Shown here piece after piece: positions 1 through 7,450 of a stretch of 31,016 nucleotides of DNA (position 1 is its first letter; each line of letters starts with the position of its first letter). The position numbers were made by a program, and so were the translations under genes. Origin of the DNA: Nanobdellota archaeon (GTDB taxonomy: Archaea; Nanobdellota; Nanobdellia; Woesearchaeales; JAHWHD01); assembly GCA_034722435.1 (NCBI GenBank), contig JAYENX010000045.1, positions 1 through 31,016 on the forward strand. Direction: 5' to 3'. Below the pieces are notes generated by a model. That model searched no databases. It was not told the origin of the DNA and saw only the letters and a list, made by a program, of their open reading frames with translations.

Positions 1-233
1 TTTGATTGTCGTAGTACATTAAAATATATTTGAAAGTTTGTAAGAATTTTAGAAATAAATGCTATGCAGATTGCTAAAAATGATAATCCGAAATATAAAC
101 AATGCCGATCTTTAGTGTATTTATAGATTTTATAACTAAAAAATGCAATTAGAAGAGCTGCTATAACGTTGATAGATTCAAACAAGATGTCAATACCATA
201 AAACCATTGCGGACTATAGACTAACTCTAACAT
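1..233 (-). CDS. Hypothetical multi-pass membrane protein, 5' part only (runs off the left edge)
   Basis: Manual translation from ATG at 233: MLELVYSPQWFYGIDILFESINVIAALLIAFFSYKIYKYTKDRHCLYFGLSFLAICIAFISKILTNFQIYFNVLRQS. It has two hydrophobic segments and no stop before base 1. Not in the ORF track. Confidence 0.75.
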   Translation of the reverse strand, partial: MLELVYSPQWFYGIDILFESINVIAALLIAFFSYKIYKYTKDRHCLYFGLSFLAICIAFISKILTNFQIYFNVLRQS

Positions 234-348
234 TATATATGAAAATAAGTTTCAGGATTTATATATTTTATGAAACTGTAGTATAGAAGTACTTTGCACA
301 AGGTATATTTAAAGGCAGCGACATACTATATGATATGAGGTGACAAAC

Positions 349-462
349 ATGGATGCTTATGAACTTCAACTACTCCAAGATTGTAATTGCCTTAAAGATT
401 ACGAATTCGAATATCTGGAGTTTGTGAAAAATAAACAAAATAAATTAAAACATTGGAAATAA
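349..462 (+). CDS. Small hypothetical protein, 37 aa (MDAYELQLLQDCNCLKDYEFEYLEFVKNKQNKLKHWK)
   Basis: Archaeal SD GAGGTGA at 337-343, 5 nt before the ATG at 349. TATA-like TTTAAA at 308-313. TAA at 460-462. Confidence 0.6.
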   Translation: MDAYELQLLQDCNCLKDYEFEYLEFVKNKQNKLKHWK

Positions 463-507
463 AATTTTAATTTGATATTCATCTACCTCCGTTTTTATGA
501 TGAAGTC

Positions 508-568
508 GGCTAGGCGCAGGAATGGTTTCCGCCTCTTTTTCCGTTCCTGTTACCCTGGCTTCTTTTTC
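508..568 (+). other. GC-rich intergenic stem-loop followed by a T-rich tract (terminator or structured RNA candidate)
   Basis: GCAGGAATGG (516-525) pairs with CCGTTCCTGT (541-550), and GGCTAGG (508-514) with CCTGGCT (554-560). All mismatches are G-U type on the + strand. TCTTTTTC follows at 561-568. Confidence 0.35.
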
Positions 569-594
569 TAATTTTTTATTATGTTATATTATTG

Positions 595-615
595 TTATTA
601 TTATTATTATTATTA
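595..615. repeat. (TTA)7 trinucleotide microsatellite
   Basis: Seven consecutive TTA units read directly, just downstream of the lhr stop. Confidence 0.9.
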
Positions 616-638
616 TGCCGATGATGAAAAAACAATCA

Positions 639-3248
639 TTATTTTTTCTTTCCCCTATCGAGCTCAATCTTTGCTCTCACCATTTGATGCATACGTTTTA
701 AGAATTCGAGTTTATCACCGGCTTTTAAAATATCAGAATAACCTTGTACAATAAGGTTAAAAGCGAACGGACTTGGAACTTTAGAATCTATCAGATGAAC
801 TTTAAGAGTTTTATTTTCAACCCATTTAAGTACTTGTATTGCGTTAGCTATATCCATTAAATCTTCCAGAACTTCGCGCTTTGCCTCTTTAAGAATACAA
901 AAATCTTCAGAGATTCTTTTTACAGCATTTAACAAGATCATTGAAGATACTTGTTGCCTTCCGACATGTTTTTTTCTACCTTTGTAAATGCGAAGAATCA
1001 TCAACGCTCTCCCTGCACAATGTCTAAACCGTCTCTTAAGAACCTCGGAACCGTCAAGAGCTTTGATTAGTATTTGTTTAAGTTCATCTGCTTTTAAAAG
1101 TTCAAAAGCTTTAACAGCATTAATAGGTTTAGCACATCCAACATAGAACCCATTATCACTCATCCCTATCTCAACATCCCTGTGCTGAGTTCTAGAAATT
1201 GCATAAGCAACAGCTCTTGAAAGGGCATCATTAACGCGCCTACCAAAATTAGAATGAAAAATGTAATAAGTTTTTTTACCGTCGTTATATTTTTCAACAA
1301 TCATCCATCGAAGATTAGGAATGCCTATGTAATCGTATTGTTCTTTCATATAATTGTAGATAGCAATAGCAGCATTATCATCAACATATAGATGTTTGTT
1401 AATAAATTTGAGAATATCTTCTTTTGATACATCATTATTAAATTTGTCTTGTACAAGATATTTGAATCTTGATATTGCAACACCTAAGTCAAAAGAAAGA
1501 GGTAACATTTCTGAAAACCAGGAAGGGACAGTAGGCTTTTTGCCTAAAGCAGACATAACCTGGGCGACCATTCCTTTTGCGTACTTAAAAATATAAGTAT
1601 CTCCACCTAAAACGAATATATCGCCCTTTTTTAATCGTTCAAGAAAACCTTCGTCAATAGTTCCAATCATTTGGGTACCGATTTTAATAGTTACACCATG
1701 TTGATCAGGGATTGTACCTATATTAGTCATGTAAATAACTCTTGCCAATCTGCCGCGTTTCCCAATTCTGCCATCTTCATGCCAGATTTTTGCATAGATG
1801 TTCCGGTCTTCTAATTTGGAGAATTCTCCTGCAAGATAATCAATAACTTCATCGAAATCTTTCCGAGTTAAATCTTTATAGCAGTAACTTTGTTTAATTA
1901 ATTTGTAAAGTTCTTTTATTTCAATAATTTGATTAATAGCTATACCATAGATTTGCTGAGCCAGAACATCAAGACAATTAGTAGGTATATGTAAACGATC
2001 AATCTTTTTTTCGAGAGCGTTTTTTAGTAAAACTGAACACTCTATAAGATCGTCTCTGTTCATCACAATAAGTCTTCCTTTTACAGTTTCATGAAGCTTG
2101 TGTCCTGCTCGACCAGCTCTTTGAAGAAATCTAGCTACGCTTTTTGGTGAACCAAGACAAATGACAAGATCCACATAACCAATATCAATACCAAGCTCTA
2201 AAGATGTAGAACAAACTACTGCTTTAAGTTTTCCTTGTCTTAATGATTCTTCAATCTTGAATCGATGAGTTTTTGAAAGTGAACCGTGATGTGCACCTAT
2301 AAGCGAAGATATTTTAGTAGGCGGACCTTCTTCAATCTCATAATATTTGTTAGGAAATTTTTGTTTAAGATGATGAACAACTCGTTCAGTTCCGGAACGA
2401 GTATTAGTGAAAATTAAAGTAGTTTTGTGTTCATGAATTAATTTGTCAATGAGTTCATAAGTCTTTTTGTTTAACTCTTCGTAATCAGTATCTATAAGAT
2501 TAGGAACAGGACTCATAACTTGCAAGTCAGTTTGTTTAATAAATTGAACATCAATAATTTTACAAGATCTTTCTGAACCAACAAGAAAACTAGCGACATC
2601 TTCAAGCGGAGAAACTGTTGCAGAAAGTCCAACACGACAAAGTGCAGGAGAGAACCTTTGTAAACGTTCCATAGATAAAGAAAGATGTACTCCACGTTTA
2701 TTTTCTGCTAAAGCATGAATCTCGTCAATAATGCACCAGTCAACATGAGAAATATGAAATTTAAATTTGGGAGAGTTTATGAGTATTGCTAAAGATTCGG
2801 GAGTAGTTATTAAAATATGAGGCGGAATCTTGGTCATCTTAGAACGTTCATATTGAGTTGTATCACCTGTTCTTACACCGACTCTTATACCCAAAGGAGA
2901 ACCGTGCAGCACTTCCATCTCTTGTAAAGGTTCGATAAGATTTTTGTAAATATCGTTACTTAAAGCTTTTAATGGACTAATGTATATACAGTAAGTACGA
3001 TCTTCAAGAATGCCTTTCAAACTAGAGTCAACAAGCTCGTTAAGTATGGATAAGAATCCTGTCAAAGTTTTAGTCGCACCAGTAGGGGCAGACACAAGAA
3101 TATTGTTTCTTGAATGAATCTCCATAACACCAAATAATTGTGGTTGTGAGAAAGATTTAAACCTATGAAAAAACCATTTAGAAACTAATGGGTGGAGTAT
3201 TTTTTTTAATTGCTTTTCTGTATTAGGTTTTGTTTTATAAGAGATCAT
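639..3248 (-). CDS. lhr: ATP-dependent SF2 helicase Lhr (archaeal Lhr-core), 869 aa
   Basis: Q-motif region FSQPQ, motif I APTGATKT (atypical), Ia YISPLKAL, Ib ITTPES, II DEIH, III SAT, V TSSLELG-like STSLELGID, VI QRAGRAGH, plus the Lhr-type C-terminus (PSWFSE, HSNFGRRVN, FRHCAGRAL). Confidence 0.95.
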   Translation of the reverse strand: MISYKTKPNTEKQLKKILHPLVSKWFFHRFKSFSQPQLFGVMEIHSRNNILVSAPTGATKTLTGFLSILNELVDSSLKGILEDRTYCIYISPLKALSNDIYKNLIEPLQEMEVLHGSPLGIRVGVRTGDTTQYERSKMTKIPPHILITTPESLAILINSPKFKFHISHVDWCIIDEIHALAENKRGVHLSLSMERLQRFSPALCRVGLSATVSPLEDVASFLVGSERSCKIIDVQFIKQTDLQVMSPVPNLIDTDYEELNKKTYELIDKLIHEHKTTLIFTNTRSGTERVVHHLKQKFPNKYYEIEEGPPTKISSLIGAHHGSLSKTHRFKIEESLRQGKLKAVVCSTSLELGIDIGYVDLVICLGSPKSVARFLQRAGRAGHKLHETVKGRLIVMNRDDLIECSVLLKNALEKKIDRLHIPTNCLDVLAQQIYGIAINQIIEIKELYKLIKQSYCYKDLTRKDFDEVIDYLAGEFSKLEDRNIYAKIWHEDGRIGKRGRLARVIYMTNIGTIPDQHGVTIKIGTQMIGTIDEGFLERLKKGDIFVLGGDTYIFKYAKGMVAQVMSALGKKPTVPSWFSEMLPLSFDLGVAISRFKYLVQDKFNNDVSKEDILKFINKHLYVDDNAAIAIYNYMKEQYDYIGIPNLRWMIVEKYNDGKKTYYIFHSNFGRRVNDALSRAVAYAISRTQHRDVEIGMSDNGFYVGCAKPINAVKAFELLKADELKQILIKALDGSEVLKRRFRHCAGRALMILRIYKGRKKHVGRQQVSSMILLNAVKRISEDFCILKEAKREVLEDLMDIANAIQVLKWVENKTLKVHLIDSKVPSPFAFNLIVQGYSDILKAGDKLEFLKRMHQMVRAKIELDRGKKK

Positions 3249-3270
3249 TGAATATAACCTCTCTAGAATG

Positions 3271-3308
3271 TATATAAAGCTTTACAGGACATGTCTAGTG
3301 TCCAGTGG
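3271..3308 (-). promoter_or_regulatory. lhr promoter: TATA box TTTATATA with BRE-like AAAG and conserved upstream motif CCACTGGACACTAGACATGTCC (copy 1)
   Basis: The TATA ends 23 nt before the lhr ATG, as expected for a leaderless transcript. 31/38 ungapped identity to 11989-12026. Confidence 0.75.
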
Positions 3309-3329
3309 CTATATGTATGAATATATAAA

Positions 3330-3350
3330 AAGCATATAGTATATATGCTT
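3330..3350. promoter_or_regulatory. Palindrome AAGCATATA-GTA-TATATGCTT (operator-like)
   Basis: Perfect 9-bp inverted repeat with a 3-nt spacer, immediately after TATATAAAA (3322-3330) in the lhr/kinase divergent intergenic region. Confidence 0.45.
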
Positions 3351-3413
3351 CAGGATTTGGAGTTTATAAGCGTTTCGTAATTTTTTTATAAAAAACGAAT
3401 ATTCTACATAATT

Positions 3414-4382
3414 ATGGTAAATAGAAATTTCAAAAGGAAAAAAAAGATTTGTAGCGATGCGCAAAGAGTTAAGCGTATGGGCGTTGAAGATCTTGCAAGA
3501 TATTATGTTATCGATGTTCATCCGGAACAAAAAGCTGTTTTAGGCGACTTAGTATTGATGAAGATTGCAAGTGGTAAGTCTAACAGATTCACAAGGGCAG
3601 CAGATAGATCCGATCCTAATAAAAAAACTACATCAAGTCAAAGAAAGAGTGCAAAATTTATGTTAAGAAGAGAAAATCTTGCATACGCACATCTTCAACT
3701 TAATCATCCCGCATTTCTACAAGCATTCCCGCAAGTAGGTAAAGATTCTGTTCTTGTAACAGAATTTAGGCCAGGAATAAGTTTAAGGTCTTACGTCAAT
3801 AATAATATAGAAAGGGCTTTGGTTACAGGGGGGAAAGCTATGTTTGAATACATCAGAGATGTGTTGACAACTTCGATAGCTGCTGCACAAGGTGTTGAAT
3901 ACTTTCAAGAGATACCAAATGAGGGTAGTTTAGTATATAGAAATATTAGACCTGAAAAAATATTTATATGCGGAAGAACAAAACAGGGTCGCACAATTTT
4001 GAAAAGACATATTAAATTAGAGGACCTTAGTAGATCTTGCACAGAGGGACCAATTGACCCGAGATTAAATTCAAAAGGATATTCTGAGTACGATGCACCC
4101 GAAACAATAGGAAGAAACGCTTTTGCAGTTCCTAAAAGTGATGTGTACTCTTTGGGAATAGTTTTAAGAGAATCTCTAGGCTTAAGAAATATCAGCATGA
4201 ATGATTTGTTACAGGGAGCAGTTCCAAAATTTAATCTGTTCCCTTCTACAGTCTTCGCATATGATTTTACAAGAGATATGACAGATACAAATCCGAGAAA
4301 CAGACCGACAATGGCTGAAACAGTTTTTGAATTGGACGATATCAGAAATATGCATCTTGCAGATGCCCCTAAATATTTGTAA
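3414..4382 (+). CDS. Hanks-type protein kinase-like protein, probable pseudokinase, 322 aa
   Basis: Kinase subdomains recognisable: E..L..LNHP, LVTEFRPG, YRNIRPEK (HRDxKPxN position), KLEDLS (DFG position), YDAPE, SDVYSLG, RNRPT. TTTATAAA lies about 25 nt upstream of the ATG. Confidence 0.8.
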   Translation: MVNRNFKRKKKICSDAQRVKRMGVEDLARYYVIDVHPEQKAVLGDLVLMKIASGKSNRFTRAADRSDPNKKTTSSQRKSAKFMLRRENLAYAHLQLNHPAFLQAFPQVGKDSVLVTEFRPGISLRSYVNNNIERALVTGGKAMFEYIRDVLTTSIAAAQGVEYFQEIPNEGSLVYRNIRPEKIFICGRTKQGRTILKRHIKLEDLSRSCTEGPIDPRLNSKGYSEYDAPETIGRNAFAVPKSDVYSLGIVLRESLGLRNISMNDLLQGAVPKFNLFPSTVFAYDFTRDMTDTNPRNRPTMAETVFELDDIRNMHLADAPKYL

Positions 4383-4392
4383 AGTGATTAAC

Positions 4393-5208
4393 ATGAAAAA
4401 AATTATTGGAGAAGGATCATATAAACGAGTATTTCTTGAAGAAGAAAGTGGTATAGAAGTTGCTGCAATGTATCCTAAAAGGAAAAATTGTAGAGCCCAA
4501 GTTATTAGAGAAGGAGAAATATTGGCTCAATTTGAACATCGAAATATTCCTCAACTTAGAAATATATCTAAAGGAAAACATGTAAGAATTTCTACAGAAT
4601 ACATCCCAGGCGTTACTTGGAAAAAAAGGCTTGAACAGACTGCCGCGCACCAGAATTATCAAACAAGGATGCATCATTCTTTACACATCATGCGAGAAGT
4701 ATCACAAGCGTTAGTACATGCCCAGGAAAAAGGTTATGTACATCTAGATTTAAATCCAAATAATGTGTTAGTTGTTTTCGAAGAAGGGAAATTAGTCCGA
4801 GCATCAGTTATAGATTGGGCAGGTTCGAGAAAATTGAAAGGAGAAACTGAAGAGGGATACTTTTTCACTCCAGAATTCTCAGCACCAGAAATAATATATA
4901 GTGATTGTACAGATACTAGCGATGTGTATTCTTTAGGAGTTAATTTTTTATATGCTATTGAAGGAAATGCAATTTTTGGTGATTTAAAGTTTGATATGAA
5001 AAATAAAGCGAAATATCCTTTTCAGATGGGAAAAAGAATTCCTCAAGAGGCAGACAGATTGGCAAGGAAAGTTGATGAAGAGCAAGACGGATTAGGAAGT
5101 ATAGTGAATAAAATCGGTCGGCTGTCAATAAATATGGTTCCTGGAAACAGAGTTGATATTGAAGAATTTCATAACGGGATTAATGATTGTATTAGGCAAT
5201 TCTTATGA
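4393..5208 (+). CDS. Hanks-type Ser/Thr protein kinase, 271 aa
   Basis: Gly loop IGEGSYKRV, alphaC REGEIL, HRNIPQL, catalytic loop HLDLNPNN, IDWAG (DFG variant), APE, SDVYSLG. Start re-called to ATG 4393 (preceded by GTGAT). The track start at 4327 overlaps the upstream gene. Confidence 0.85.
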   Translation: MKKIIGEGSYKRVFLEEESGIEVAAMYPKRKNCRAQVIREGEILAQFEHRNIPQLRNISKGKHVRISTEYIPGVTWKKRLEQTAAHQNYQTRMHHSLHIMREVSQALVHAQEKGYVHLDLNPNNVLVVFEEGKLVRASVIDWAGSRKLKGETEEGYFFTPEFSAPEIIYSDCTDTSDVYSLGVNFLYAIEGNAIFGDLKFDMKNKAKYPFQMGKRIPQEADRLARKVDEEQDGLGSIVNKIGRLSINMVPGNRVDIEEFHNGINDCIRQFL

Positions 5209-5240
5209 TTATTTTTATTTTCAATCAAAATTAAAATAAA

Positions 5241-6722
5241 TTATAATTTATCACTTATTTTTTCACCAACAACTTCTACATATTTTAAGTTATTATCAAG
5301 AATAAGCGCTGTTGCTCTATCTACATCTTCAGGAGTGGTCACTCTACAATTATTGTATAAAGAACGTTCGTGAGCAGCAAGTTCTTTTATACCCCATAGA
5401 ACATCAATTTCAGGATTTATTTTTCTTGCGGCATCAATAATTCCGTATAATGAAGGCGATCTAACGTGGCCAGCCCTTACAAGAGAGCCATTAGATTCAA
5501 CACAACAATATGCTTCCAAAGCTTTCTTTGCCGCATCCATAGCACCGTATACATCAAAAGGTCCGACGAAACAATCAGTGAATGCAGTATATCCTACAAA
5601 ATGTTCAGGATTAAAATGTTCATTTAATGCAATTAATGGATCTAAACTTACTTTTTTTGCATTAGCAATTTGATCAGGTGTTGCCCGTGACGCAGGAAAG
5701 CCTACATCTCCAAATGCAGTTGAATAAAGAATAGTAGCTATTTCAGACGTAGGAATGATTCCATCATCATGTAATTTTTTCACGTAATCATCAATATCTT
5801 GAACAAAGGTTTGTGAAATGACATTTGAAGCTTTAAATCCACCATTCATTTGAGTAGGGATAAAAGGAACAGCTTTATCTACCAAGATAATATTGTAATC
5901 GCGCATGAAATGTCGCATTGCTGAATAACCTATTGAACCTGCACCACCAACTATAAGCATTGTTTTATCTTTTATTCTAAATTCATTTTCAATCGACTTA
6001 GCTCTACGGTCGTTTGCGAAAGGCATAAGACCTTTTGCAAGTAAAAGTGACTCTGGCATGTATTCGATTGCCATTTCAGTGTTTAGAAGCAATTTACCAT
6101 TGTGCCAAGTCTCAGTTCTAAAAGTTCCAGTATAAGAAAGTCTACCAAGCTCAGGCATCTGAACATCTCCGACCCTGAAATCAAGGTTTCCAGTAATAGG
6201 TTCACCTGAATGAAAAGCTACACTAATTGATTTGTAAACAGGTGTAAAACCTTCTTGCAAAAGTTCATTAACTCTGCGAACTGCAGAGTTATCTTTAACA
6301 ACATCAGGGTCTCGAACAACATCGAAATTAAAGTTAGAAGTTCTTGCAAGAGGGCCATGCATTATTGTTTCTAGCCCTGAAGAAGTTATAGGGTTTGGAT
6401 AAGTTTTAACCGCTATACATTTTTTAATTGGCTTAGGCTTAGAACTATTAAGTTCAAATGTTACCTTTCTTCTTAAAGTAATAGAATCGTCGTCTTCTTT
6501 GGTCCGTGCAGATACCCCTATAAAATGAGGCATCTGAAAATCTTTAGCTGTGATGGTTTCTGGATCTTTTTCATGCTTTATATCTCCAAGCATCATCATT
6601 GCAGGTGCAACCGCCCTAGAAATACCTTTTTTTTGTAAATCTTTAGTAGCGTGAGGAAGGTTATGATCTCCTGAATCTCGAACAAAGTCGTTATTTTGTT
6701 TTTTAGTATAATTAAAATCCAT
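5241..6722 (-). CDS. Fusion protein: N-terminal MaoC-like (hot-dog) dehydratase/hydratase region plus C-terminal FabI-like enoyl reductase (SDR), 493 aa
   Basis: N-terminal FVRDSGDHNLPH matches the hydratase-2 motif. C-terminal Rossmann GGAGSIG, ILYSTAFG, YGAMDAAKKALE (FabI-type Y-x6-K), RAGHVRS and TPEDV. SD GGTGAT lies upstream. Confidence 0.7.
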   Translation of the reverse strand: MDFNYTKKQNNDFVRDSGDHNLPHATKDLQKKGISRAVAPAMMMLGDIKHEKDPETITAKDFQMPHFIGVSARTKEDDDSITLRRKVTFELNSSKPKPIKKCIAVKTYPNPITSSGLETIMHGPLARTSNFNFDVVRDPDVVKDNSAVRRVNELLQEGFTPVYKSISVAFHSGEPITGNLDFRVGDVQMPELGRLSYTGTFRTETWHNGKLLLNTEMAIEYMPESLLLAKGLMPFANDRRAKSIENEFRIKDKTMLIVGGAGSIGYSAMRHFMRDYNIILVDKAVPFIPTQMNGGFKASNVISQTFVQDIDDYVKKLHDDGIIPTSEIATILYSTAFGDVGFPASRATPDQIANAKKVSLDPLIALNEHFNPEHFVGYTAFTDCFVGPFDVYGAMDAAKKALEAYCCVESNGSLVRAGHVRSPSLYGIIDAARKINPEIDVLWGIKELAAHERSLYNNCRVTTPEDVDRATALILDNNLKYVEVVGEKISDKL

Positions 6723-6786
6723 CTTATCACCAAAAGTAGATACAAATGGGAAATATATAAAGAATTACATATTCTAGAATATAGTT

Positions 6787-7419
6787 TTATCTATGTTTTT
6801 CAATGCCGACCTTTTTACAATGTTTAGATATGGGACATTTAGAACAAAAAGGTGATATGGGTCTACAGATTGTTTGGCCGTGACGTACCATGAGTTCATT
6901 AAAATCGAACCAATATTTTTTAGGAAGTTGTTTTCTTAGAATGAATTCAGTTTCTTCAGGGTTCTTTGTTTTAATCCAACCAATACGATTAGGGATTCTA
7001 TGTGCATGAGTGTCAATAGCCATTGCAAGTTTATTATGGCCGTAGACCATCACTATGTTTGCAGTTTTTCTTCCCACTCCTTTAAATTTAAGGAGTTCTT
7101 CAATAGTGTTAGGAACTTGATTATTGTGATCTTTATGTATGAGTCTAGCAATTTCTTTAATTCTCTTTGATTTAGTTATGTAGAACCCAACTGGATATAT
7201 AAGTTTTTCAATCTGCTTAGTAGAAAGCTTAGAGAGTTTTAATGGAGTCTTTGCAACATTGAACAGACGTTTTGAAGCAAGATAAGTTACTTCATCTTTA
7301 GTTCTTAGACTTAATATACAAGATATTAAAACTTGAAAAGGGTTTTGGTCACCGTGTTCAGACCATTGAGTAACTAAATAATAATCTTTCAGCTTTTTAA
7401 ATATTATTGCAAAGTTCAT
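6787..7419 (-). CDS. nth: Endonuclease III (HhH-GPD DNA glycosylase/AP lyase), 210 aa
   Basis: ILSLRTKD, HhH FKGVGRKTANIV, catalytic IDTH, and the C-terminal 4Fe-4S motif CRPISPFCSKCPISKHC. Confidence 0.95.
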   Translation of the reverse strand: MNFAIIFKKLKDYYLVTQWSEHGDQNPFQVLISCILSLRTKDEVTYLASKRLFNVAKTPLKLSKLSTKQIEKLIYPVGFYITKSKRIKEIARLIHKDHNNQVPNTIEELLKFKGVGRKTANIVMVYGHNKLAMAIDTHAHRIPNRIGWIKTKNPEETEFILRKQLPKKYWFDFNELMVRHGQTICRPISPFCSKCPISKHCKKVGIEKHR

Positions 7420-7450
7420 GTTAATTTATTTATGAAAAAAATGAAAAAAA

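Noticed and set aside
497-560. Box C/D sRNA
   Set aside because: A C-box-like ATGATGA is present, but there is no CTGA D box at a suitable distance.
3309-3530. 73-aa minus-strand ORF
   Set aside because: It spans promoter elements and the antisense of kinase 1, with no start signals.
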